Both the position numbers and the translations under genes were made by a program. Source: an uncultured Alphaproteobacteria bacterium (GTDB lineage Bacteria; Pseudomonadota; Alphaproteobacteria; UBA8366). Taken from it: a stretch of DNA of 64,000 bases. Under the pieces are notes generated by a model that saw only the letters and a list, made by a program, of their open reading frames with translations, was not told the origin of the DNA and did not search any database. Location of the stretch: contig CAVQDH010000006.1 in assembly GCA_963711215.1 (NCBI GenBank), forward strand, positions 176,737 to 240,736, read 5' to 3'. Shown here in pieces: positions 32,165-40,062 of this stretch (the first letter of the stretch is position 1; each line of letters begins with the position of its first letter).

Positions 32165-32255
32165 GCGGGGAGTAGCCTGATCCGCTTATTCGGGCCGGGA
32201 AGGCGATCCGCCGCCGGGCTGAACAAGGGCGATTTTCCGCGGTGTCGCGGAGCCT

Positions 32256-32447
32256 TTAACCAATTTCACAATAAATAACCAAAGTATATATTTACCATAA
32301 TACTTCAGAAAACATAATATAAATCAAAGTTACATTTTAAAATATATAAGAACCTCTAAATTAACTAAACATTTTACTAGATTTATTCGGAACATCGGTG
32401 TAAAGATGTAGTACTAAATGGGAGGGGTGCTGCGTTGGGGGAGAGTT
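32256..32447 (+). promoter_or_regulatory. AT-rich upstream island of the third pseudo-receiver LuxR gene, with motifs homologous to those at 11676-11742
   Basis: aatataaatcaaagtta at 32316-32332 and acattttactagattta at 32369-32385. Same order and nearly the same distance to the start codon as in the 11619-11805 island. Confidence 0.6.
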
Positions 32448-33125
32448 ATGTCTCGAGCACCTCTGTTTATCGTGGGTGGTACCGGCCTGTTTCGACGAGG
32501 CCTGTGTAGCTTTCTGGAAGAAACGCCCTTCCAGATGGCCGCGGAGTTCGACAACGCGGAAGCGTGCGTGAGCGCGATTGCGAAGGCCTCGACGCCGGAG
32601 GTGGACGTCATTGTCTACATCTCAAATGGCGACCCGGAGGTTTCGGCCGCGGCTGTCGACGCACTGATTTCCTGTTGCGACGCGCGCGTGCTGGTCCTGT
32701 CGGGCGAGCTTTCGGTCGACGAGCTGGGCGCCTGCCTGCGCGTCGGGGCCGGGGGCTATCTGCTGAGCAACATTTCCAAGGAAGTGCTCACGCATTCGCT
32801 GCGCCTGATCGTGCTGGGCGAGACGGTGTTCCCGTCGCAGCTCGCCACGGCCTGGGCGACCGGGCAGTTGCGCCAGACGACCAATACGGTCGAGGTCGAC
32901 AAGGCGCTCGAAGTGCTGACGAACCGCGAGACTGAAATTCTCGGCTGCCTTACGGAAGGCGCGCCGAACAAGATGATCGCGCGGCAGCTCGGCATTACCG
33001 AGGCGACCGTGAAGATCCACGTCAAATCGCTGATCCGCAAGATCGGCGTGCAGAACCGGACCCAGGCGGCCCTTTGGGCGATCCAGGCGGGTTACGGGAA
33101 GAACGGGACCGATCTCGCGGCCTGA
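32448..33125 (+). CDS. LuxR/FixJ-type regulator with a degenerate (pseudo-)receiver domain
   Basis: ATG at 32448. HTH LTNRETEILGCLTEGAPNKMIARQLGITEATVKIHVKSLIRKI. No acidic pocket (LFIVGGTG). DVIVYIS at the phospho-Asp position. GYLLSNI where GYLLK is expected. Confidence 0.75.
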   Translation: MSRAPLFIVGGTGLFRRGLCSFLEETPFQMAAEFDNAEACVSAIAKASTPEVDVIVYISNGDPEVSAAAVDALISCCDARVLVLSGELSVDELGACLRVGAGGYLLSNISKEVLTHSLRLIVLGETVFPSQLATAWATGQLRQTTNTVEVDKALEVLTNRETEILGCLTEGAPNKMIARQLGITEATVKIHVKSLIRKIGVQNRTQAALWAIQAGYGKNGTDLAA

Positions 33126-33200
33126 CCCCGCACCGTCTGTCGATGGCCGGCCTTCGCGACGCCGGCCGCCATCGAGAAAATCGGGACATATTCCCCAATC

Positions 33201-33227
33201 GGCCCCGCTTCGGCGGGGCCTTTTTTT
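33201..33227 (+). terminator. Rho-independent terminator after the LuxR-type gene
   Basis: ggccccgc-ttcg-gcggggcc followed by TTTTTTT. Confidence 0.85.
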
Positions 33228-33335
33228 GCGCGGCCTCGAATTCAGGGGGCTGAAGGAAAGCGGCCCCCCGCCAAGGGCGAAGGGCCGTTCCAACAGGGAA
33301 GTTCCGGAAATGAGTGAGCGTGTGTGTGTGATCCT

Positions 33336-33500
33336 TTACTTCTGTCTGGACATGTCCTTCAGGCACTGCGCCTTCAGTTTCGCGTCCTTGATCTTGCCGC
33401 ATTTCACCTTGGCCTGGTCACCCGCGGCGAAGGCCGGGGCAGCCACCGGGCCGGCGGCGAATGCTGCCAGAACAACGATGGGAAGGATTTTGCGAATCAT
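33336..33500 (-). CDS. Small secreted lysine-rich two-cysteine protein (54 aa), absent from the supplied ORF track
   Basis: Hand translation gives MIRKILPIVVLAAFAAGPVAAPAFAAGDQAKVKCGKIKDAKLKAQCLKDMSRQK*. GGAG lies 7 nt upstream of the ATG. Clear signal peptide with an AFA-A cleavage motif. The mature part loosely resembles PsiF-type repeats. Confidence 0.55.
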   Translation of the reverse strand: MIRKILPIVVLAAFAAGPVAAPAFAAGDQAKVKCGKIKDAKLKAQCLKDMSRQK

Positions 33501-33572
33501 GGAAAGTCTCCTAACTAGTTTACGATTGCGGGTTGTTGCACGCGAATGGGCGTCGCTGTTACCGATCTCCCC

Positions 33573-34103
33573 TCAGTAAAGCGACCGAATTTCGTCGTGC
33601 GCGTCGGGCATGCCGGCTTCCCGCGCAGCCGGCCCCCGGGCGTCGGATTTGAGACCAACGAGTTGTGCCTGAACGATTTCCTCACGCGTCAGGTCGATGC
33701 GGATGACCGTGACGCGGGCGCCTTGGGTCGAGACGATTTCGGCGCGGTGGGGCGAGATCGCGATCGGCCCGCCGTCCGAATCGAAGCTGTCGTAGAGGGC
33801 GACCAGAACCTGTTTGACCTCGCCGTTCTGGTCGAGCACGAGGTTGTCGACCTCGCCGATACGTTGGCCGTCCAGGTTCAGGACGTAGCTGCCGATCAGG
33901 TCATAGGCGCGGTAATAGCGCTCTACCATGTCGCGCGAGGCGACCCGACGGGCGTGACCCGGTTGCTGGGCGTTGCCGAACGGCGCTTCCCGTTGCAGGC
34001 CGCTGGCCGGCGTCGGCTGTCCTGCTTCTGCGGTGCCGAGAGCCGCAGCGGCGCCGATCGCAATCGCGAGGAAGCATTCTCCCTGCCATCTCGATTTGCG
34101 CAT
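33573..34103 (-). CDS. PRC-barrel domain protein, secreted
   Basis: ATG at 34103 gives MRKSRWQGECFLAIAIGAAAALGTAEA (signal peptide). PRC-barrel core YDLIGSYVLNLDGQRIGEVDNLVLDQNGEVKQVLVAL. Confidence 0.7.
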   Translation of the reverse strand: MRKSRWQGECFLAIAIGAAAALGTAEAGQPTPASGLQREAPFGNAQQPGHARRVASRDMVERYYRAYDLIGSYVLNLDGQRIGEVDNLVLDQNGEVKQVLVALYDSFDSDGGPIAISPHRAEIVSTQGARVTVIRIDLTREEIVQAQLVGLKSDARGPAAREAGMPDAHDEIRSLY

Positions 34104-34714
34104 TGCTCGATACCTCTGTTCGGTCGCGTCTGACTTGATGCCGCCCGGGCGAAGCTTTCCGTGAGGGGAGCATTCCGCGAGGGCGCCTGCCGTTAACCAA
34201 TAGACGGCGCGCGCCGCGCTTTCTTCCCGGGCAAAATTTTTTCGATGCGATTTTCTTGCACCGCGCCGCACCGGGCATGGATGTCCCGGGATGATCTCTC
34301 ATTAATCATCATGTCGCCGTATTTCCGTCCGAATCGCTGCTTAGCCTGATGTGCAGGAATCATCGCAACAGAGAGGAATAAAGCATGAGAATGCGCGTCT
34401 ATTAGCGCGAGCGGTATGCGTTCACCGACCGTTTTGGGGCGACAGCGGCCATAAGCCGAAAAAGGCAAAGGCCACGGCGGATTGCATGTCAGCTCGGACA
34501 GGGAAACGGCGCGGACGCATGGGTGAGGGGGGACTAAAGGATGATTATCGTTCACGACTTCCGTGGTTTTCGGTCGTGCGCAGTCGATCCGGAATGTCAG
34601 GAACCGGCGATTCGTCGCGGGATTCTTGAGGTCATCAGGGAAATATCCAGGCGCTTGTTCGTTAATCGCCTGGCGATTGGTCGAAAGACCTTGCCCGCAC
34701 AGGAGGACCTCATT

Positions 34715-35224
34715 TTGCCGGAAACGGGACCGATGCTCACGCTTCATGTTGCCGCATTGCGGCGTTACGCAAACGCCTTGGAGGGCAATCGCGAAGAAGC
34801 GGACGACCTGGTGCAGGAATGCCTTGCACGCGCGATCGCAAGGACCAAGGCATGGAGCGAAATCCGCAATGTCCGTGCCTACTTGTTCACAATTCTCCAC
34901 AATCTTCACATCGATCGTGTCTCGCGCGGCCGGAGCGCCGGCTATGCCGTGCCGCTCGAATCGGTCGAGCACAAGCTGACGACGAAGCCGTCGCAGGAAG
35001 ACGGCCTGCGGATTCGGGACCTGGAGCGCGCGCTTCGCGTGCTGCCCGACGACTATCGCAAGGCGGTCCTTCTCGTCGGCCTCGAAGGCATGAGCTATCA
35101 AGAAGCCGCGACGACGCTCGGCGTGCCGATCGGCACGATCATGTCGCGGTTGTCGCGCGGGCGCGAAACCCTGCGGCAGCTCATGGCAACCGACGCGCAC
35201 GCGAAATTGCGGATGGTGAAATGA
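34715..35224 (+). CDS. ECF (sigma-70 family group 4) RNA polymerase sigma factor
   Basis: Region 2 EEADDLVQECLARAI...AYLFTILHNLHID. Region 4 DDYRKAVLLVGLEGMSYQEAATTLGVPIGTIMSRLSRGRETL. TTG at 34715 lies 8 nt after AGGAGG. The ATG at 34733 is an alternative start. Confidence 0.8.
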   Translation: MPETGPMLTLHVAALRRYANALEGNREEADDLVQECLARAIARTKAWSEIRNVRAYLFTILHNLHIDRVSRGRSAGYAVPLESVEHKLTTKPSQEDGLRIRDLERALRVLPDDYRKAVLLVGLEGMSYQEAATTLGVPIGTIMSRLSRGRETLRQLMATDAHAKLRMVK

Positions 35225-36351
35225 CACAGGCACGCAATAGTGACCGTGAGCCCATCTCCGAGATGGATCTGCACGGTTACATCGACGGTGAACTGCCGGC
35301 GCTGCGCCGGGCCGAGGTGGAGGCGTATCTCGCGGACCATCCGGACGAGGCGGCCCGGCTCGCCGAATACCACGCGCTGACGCTGTCGCTGCATCGGCTC
35401 TATGACGGCGACCGCGCGGCCAGTCCGCGGATCGACATGCTGACCGCGGACCTCGACCGCACGCTCCGCCGCCGCCGCACGGTGCATCGGTTGGTTCGCA
35501 TGGCCGCGGTCGCGGCCGTGCTGGCCATCGTTGCCGGCGTCGCGTCGAGCGTTCACGATCGCTTCCGGCAGGCCGAGGATCGCTTCCTCGCTTTCACCCA
35601 GCAGGCGACCGACGCGCATCTCCTGTTTGCCGGCGCCAAGCCGCCTGCGGTCGACGTCAAGCCCGACGGCAATTCGACGGTGGTGTCCTGGCTGTCGCAG
35701 CGGCTGACGGGCGTTCCGGTACGGGCGCCGGATCTGCACAAGCTCGGGTACACGCTGACGGTCGAGCGCATCCTTCCGTCGCCCAACGGGCCCGCCGCGC
35801 AGCTCATGTACGAGGGCAAAAAAGCCGCCGAGCCGGTCACGCTGTTCATCGGCAAGAGCAAGGGCAAGCAGCAGACCGCCTTCACCTATGTCCAGAACGA
35901 CGATCTCTCGATCTTCTATTGGCAGGAGGGGCCGTTCGCTTACAGCCTCGCGGGCAAGCTCGGCCGGGCCGATCTGCTGTCGCTCGCCGAAGCGGTGAAT
36001 GCACAGCTGGTCGCCCTGCCGCCGATGCCGAAGACGATGGTCCAGCGGCGCGCCGCGGACGTGATCCGCGCGGCCGGCAAGGAGCCGCTGACGCCTGATT
36101 CCGACACGGCGGCAATATCGGCGGCGCCTGCGGTTCGTGACGCCGTCGCCCACCCGGCGGATGTGCTCGTGCGGCCCGTCGCGAAAAAGATCGATGCGAC
36201 GAAGATCGAGGCGTCGGAAAGCAGCGTTGCGCCGGAGCACGTGAAAACGGATACGCTCCAGCCCGCGCCGGTCAAGGATGGCGCCGCCGTCAAGAAGGCG
36301 CCGAAGCCGTCCGCGCCGGCAAACGAGAGCGATACGGCCAAGAAGACCTGA
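35221..36351 (+). CDS. Anti-sigma factor (single TM span, long periplasmic and Ala/Pro/Lys-rich C-terminal part)
   Basis: ATGA overlap with the sigma factor stop codon. N-terminal anti-sigma motif DLHGYIDGELPALRRAEVEAYLADHPDEA. TM segment LVRMAAVAAVLAIVAGVASSV. Confidence 0.8.
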   Translation: MTQARNSDREPISEMDLHGYIDGELPALRRAEVEAYLADHPDEAARLAEYHALTLSLHRLYDGDRAASPRIDMLTADLDRTLRRRRTVHRLVRMAAVAAVLAIVAGVASSVHDRFRQAEDRFLAFTQQATDAHLLFAGAKPPAVDVKPDGNSTVVSWLSQRLTGVPVRAPDLHKLGYTLTVERILPSPNGPAAQLMYEGKKAAEPVTLFIGKSKGKQQTAFTYVQNDDLSIFYWQEGPFAYSLAGKLGRADLLSLAEAVNAQLVALPPMPKTMVQRRAADVIRAAGKEPLTPDSDTAAISAAPAVRDAVAHPADVLVRPVAKKIDATKIEASESSVAPEHVKTDTLQPAPVKDGAAVKKAPKPSAPANESDTAKKT

Positions 36352-36359
36352 GTTCGCGG

Positions 36360-38706
36360 TCAGAGCTTGACCGCGCGGAGGCGAAGCGCGTTGCCGATGA
36401 CCGAGACCGAGCTCAGGCTCATGGCCGCGGCGGCAATGATCGGGCTGAGCAGCAGGCCGAAGAACGGATACAGCACGCCCGCCGCGACCGGCACGCCGAT
36501 GCCGTTGTAGATGAAAGCGAAGAATAAATTCTGACGGATATTGCGCATCGTCGCCTTGCTCAGGCGGCGGGCGCGGACGATGCCGTCGAGATCGCCCTTG
36601 ATCAGCGTGACCCCGGCGCTCTCGATCGCGACATCGGTTCCCGTTCCCATGGCGATGCCGATGTCGGCCTCGGCCAGCGCCGGCGCATCGTTAATGCCGT
36701 CGCCCGCCATCGCAACGACATGGCCTTGCTCCTTCAGCCGGCGCACTTCCGAGCCCTTGTCCTGCGGCAGGACGTCGGCGACCACGCTGTCGATGGAGAG
36801 CTTGCGCCCGACGGTCTCGGCCGCGACCCGGTTGTCGCCGGTCAGCATGACGATGCGGAGGCCGTCCTCGCGCAAGGCCGCCAGCGCCGCCGCGGTCGAC
36901 GGCTTGATCGGGTCGGCGACTGCGATCAGCCCGCCGACCGCGCCGTCGATGGCGACGAACATGACGGTTGCGCCGTCGCGCCGGATTTCGTCGGCGCGCC
37001 TGTTCCAGTCGCCCGCGTCGATGCCGAGCCCTTCGATCAGCCGCAGATTGCCGATCGCGATATCCTGTCCGCCGGCCCGTCCCTTGACGCCTTTTCCCGT
37101 TTCGGAATCAAAATCCGTTACCTCAGCCCGCCCGGCGCCGCGCTCCTCGGCGGCGCGGACGATCGCCGCGGCGAGCGGATGCTCGCTCTGCGCCTCCAGG
37201 CCGGCGGCGAGACGGAGGATCTCCGCCTCGTCATGACCGTCGGCGGGGACGACCGCCGTTACCGACGGCTTGCCCATGGTGAGGGTGCCGGTCTTGTCGA
37301 CCACCAGCGTGTCGACCGCTTCCAGCCGCTCCAGCGCCTCGGCGTCGCGAATCAGCACGCCCGCCTGCGCCCCGCGGGCGACGCCCACCATGATCGAGAC
37401 GGGCGTGGCGAGGCCGAGCGCGCAAGGGCAGGCGATGATCAGCACCGACACGGCGGCGATCAGCGCATAGGCGAAGGCCGGCTGCGGGCCGACGGCGAGC
37501 CAGACGACGAAGGCGAGCACCGCCGTTCCGACCACCGCGGGGACGAAATAGCCCGCGACCTGATCGGCGACGCGCTGGATCGGCGCGCGGCTGCGCTGCG
37601 CCTGGGCGACCAGGTTGACGATCTGGGACAGCATCGTGGCGCTGCCGACGTGATCGGCGCGCATGACGAAGCTGCCCGTCGCATTCAACGTGCCGCCGAT
37701 CACCGTATCGCCGGCGCCCTTGGCGACGGGCACGGGCTCGCCGGTGATCATCGATTCGTCGACATTGCTGTGGCCGTCGAGGACGGTGCCGTCGACCGGC
37801 ACCTTGTCGCCGGGACGCACGCGCAACCGGTCGCCCGCCACGACCCGGTCGAGTGCAATCTCTTCCGTTCCGCCGTCGTCGCGCATCCGATAGGCCCTCG
37901 CCGGCGCCAGGTCGAGCAGCGCGCGCACCGCCGAGCCGGTACGCTCGCGCGCCCGCAGCTCCAGCACCTGGCCCAGCAGGACCAGCACGGTGATCGTGGC
38001 GGCGGCCTCGAAATAGACGTCGACCGTGCCATGCATGCCGCGGAAGGTTTCCGGGAAAAGCCCCGGGGCGATCGTCGCCACGATGCTGTAGAGATAGGCG
38101 ACGCCGGTGCCGATGGAGATCAAGGTGAACATGTTGAGATTGCGGCTGAGGATCGACGCCCAGCCGCGCTGGAAGAAGGGCAGGCCGCACCAGACGACGA
38201 CCGGCGTCGCCAGCGCGAGCTGGGTCCAATGATCGATCCGGGGCGGCACCAGGTCCGCGAGATGCACGCCCGGCAGGTGCGCGCCCATGGTCAGCGCGAG
38301 CAGGGGGACGGTGAGCGCGGCGCCGATCCAAAGCCGCCGCGTCATGTCGATCAGCTCGGGGTTCGGCCCTTCGTCGGCGGTGGCGTCGCGCGGCTCGAGG
38401 GCCATGCCGCAGATCGGGCAGGTGCCGGGGCCGATCTGCGTCACCTCCGGATGCATCGGGCAGGTGTAGACGATGCCGGCCGCCGCCGCGTCGGTTTTCG
38501 TTTCCGACGGCGGGCCGAGATAGCGGCCCGGGTCGGCGGCGAATTTCTCGAGGCAGCCGCGAGAGCAGAAATAATATTCCGTCCCGGCATGGCTGTGGCG
38601 GTGCTTCGCGGTCGCCGGGATCAACCGACATGCCGCAGACCGGGTCGCGGGCAGCCGTCGTGTCGGCGCTTTGGCAATGCGCGCAATGTGCCTGATGGTC
38701 TGTCAT
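36360..38706 (-). pseudogene. copA: Copper-type heavy-metal-translocating P1B-ATPase, frameshifted near 38616 in the N-terminal metal-binding region
   Basis: CPC motif [20 protein letters not shown] phosphorylation site. GDGINDAP. The N-terminus [30 protein letters not shown] (ORF 37231..38706 frame) joins [25 protein letters not shown] (ORF 36360..38624). An extra G in cccGGcg explains the shift. Confidence 0.85.
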
Positions 38707-38720
38707 GCGCCATACATGGT

Positions 38721-38739
38721 CCTTCCAGTCACTGGAAGG
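38721..38739. promoter_or_regulatory. CueR/HmrR-type (MerR-family) operator dyad in the copA promoter
   Basis: CCTTCC-agtcact-GGAAGG is a perfect 9-1-9 palindrome. On the minus strand it directly follows a TTGACC -35-like hexamer and lies 14 nt upstream of the first ATG. Confidence 0.7.
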
Positions 38740-38769
38740 TCAAGGGGGCGGACCACCGCCCAATACCGC

Positions 38770-38800
38770 AAAGAAAAGCGGCGCCTGGGTGGGCGCCGCT
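38770..38800 (-). terminator. Rho-independent terminator downstream of the amidohydrolase gene
   Basis: Stem agcggcgcc/ggcgccgct. On the minus strand it is followed by TTTTCTT. Confidence 0.6.
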
Positions 38801-38981
38801 ACGGGAAAAGGCAATTTGAAACGTTTTTTGCTCTTTGGGGAGTTAACTGCCTGTCTCTCTCATGCTGTCGTGCTGGCTGTTACCGTTGCCGCAACTGATG
38901 CGACGCTTGCGCAACGGCTCATTCCGATTCGACCTTAACATCTCAAGGCGGGGCTTGTGGCCCTTGACTGCCGCCTCGCGA

Positions 38982-40025
38982 TCAAAAAAACGTGAGCGGC
39001 GCGTGCCGCGCTTTCTCATATGCGCCGCGAAGTCGTTTCACCGGACCGCGATTCCGAACATCTCCGCCGCCGTACCGCACAGAATTCTGCTGCTTTTCGG
39101 TCTCGGTCAGCGTGGCGTCCTGCACGACCTTGAGCGGCACGGGATCGCCGATCGGGAAGGGATAGTCGGAGCCGAGCATGACGCGGTCGGCGCCGACCTT
39201 GTCGCAGAGGTATTTCAGCGCCGCCGGCTGGAAGACGAGGCTGTCGAAATAGCATTGCCGCAACCCTTCCTCCGGGTCCGCGTATTTGCCCGGATTGGCA
39301 TGGAAATTCCGCACGAGCCGGCCGATCGCGAAGGGCAGGCCGCCGCCGCCCGTCGTCAGCACCGCTTTCATCCCGGCATATTTGATGAAATGCCCCGAGA
39401 ACAGCAGGCGCGCGCAAGCGGCCGTCATGTCGTTCAGCCGCGCGACCGCGTTGACCAGGTCGGGCTCGCGGATACGCGGGTCGGTCGTGTCGAAGACCGG
39501 ATGAATCAGCACCGCGGCGCCGCGGTCGGACGCCGCCTCCCAGAACGGGTCGAGGTCGGGGTCGTCGAGGTTGCCGCCTTCGCCCTTCGGCTGGGCGGCG
39601 ATCATGATGCCGCGGAATCCCGCATCCATGGCCTCGTGCAGCACGGCGGCGGCCCGCTTGCCCGACTGCATCGGCACGCTGGCGAGCGGCGTCAGGCGCG
39701 GCTCCTTTTCGCACGCCTTCAGCAGGTGCTCGTTGATCATGCGGCTCCAGTCCGCGCCTTCCTCGGCCGGCAGCTCGTAGCCGAACATGTCAAGCCAGCC
39801 GCCGCTTACCTGGTGGTCGATGCCGCGCTCGCTCATCCACTGCAGCCGCTGCTCGGTGTCGCGCAGGCGCGGCATGATCGGGCGCGTCGGCTTTCGGCCC
39901 GCGAAGGCGAGCTGGAAACTGCCGTCGGAATGCAGCAGCTCGACCGACGGGAAACGGCTGATGCTGCGCTTGAGATCGTCGAACATGCCCTGCGGCGCGA
40001 AATGGGCGTGGATGTCGATGTTCAT
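38982..40025 (-). CDS. Amidohydrolase-2 family enzyme (ACMSD / non-oxidative decarboxylase-like); possible frameshift near 39087 with an alternative stop at 39038
   Basis: Starts MNIDIHAHFAP (HxH metal motif) and includes ...GSDYPFPIGD. After ...LTETEKQQ the in-frame tail looks non-homologous. The +1 frame reads ILCGTAAEMFGIAVR*, a typical family C-terminus. Confidence 0.7.
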   Translation of the reverse strand: MNIDIHAHFAPQGMFDDLKRSISRFPSVELLHSDGSFQLAFAGRKPTRPIMPRLRDTEQRLQWMSERGIDHQVSGGWLDMFGYELPAEEGADWSRMINEHLLKACEKEPRLTPLASVPMQSGKRAAAVLHEAMDAGFRGIMIAAQPKGEGGNLDDPDLDPFWEAASDRGAAVLIHPVFDTTDPRIREPDLVNAVARLNDMTAACARLLFSGHFIKYAGMKAVLTTGGGGLPFAIGRLVRNFHANPGKYADPEEGLRQCYFDSLVFQPAALKYLCDKVGADRVMLGSDYPFPIGDPVPLKVVQDATLTETEKQQNSVRYGGGDVRNRGPVKRLRGAYEKARHAPLTFF

Positions 40026-40062
40026 CGCGATGCTCCGCTTTGTTCTCTGGGTCGCATTCTCT

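Noticed and set aside
33319-33330. (TG)n dinucleotide run, gtgtgtgtgtg.
   Set aside because: It is only about 5 units long, lies in the 3' flank of the small gene, and is too short to be a meaningful microsatellite or contingency locus.
34600-34630. GGAAC at 34600-34604 as a possible autoregulated ECF promoter -35 element.
   Set aside because: No CGT-type -10 lies at the required 16-17-nt spacing. The nearest CGTC is only 8 nt away.
34193-35233. 346-aa minus-strand ORF across the ECF sigma gene and its upstream region.
   Set aside because: It is antisense to a sigma factor with clear region 2 and region 4 motifs, and it shows no family resemblance.
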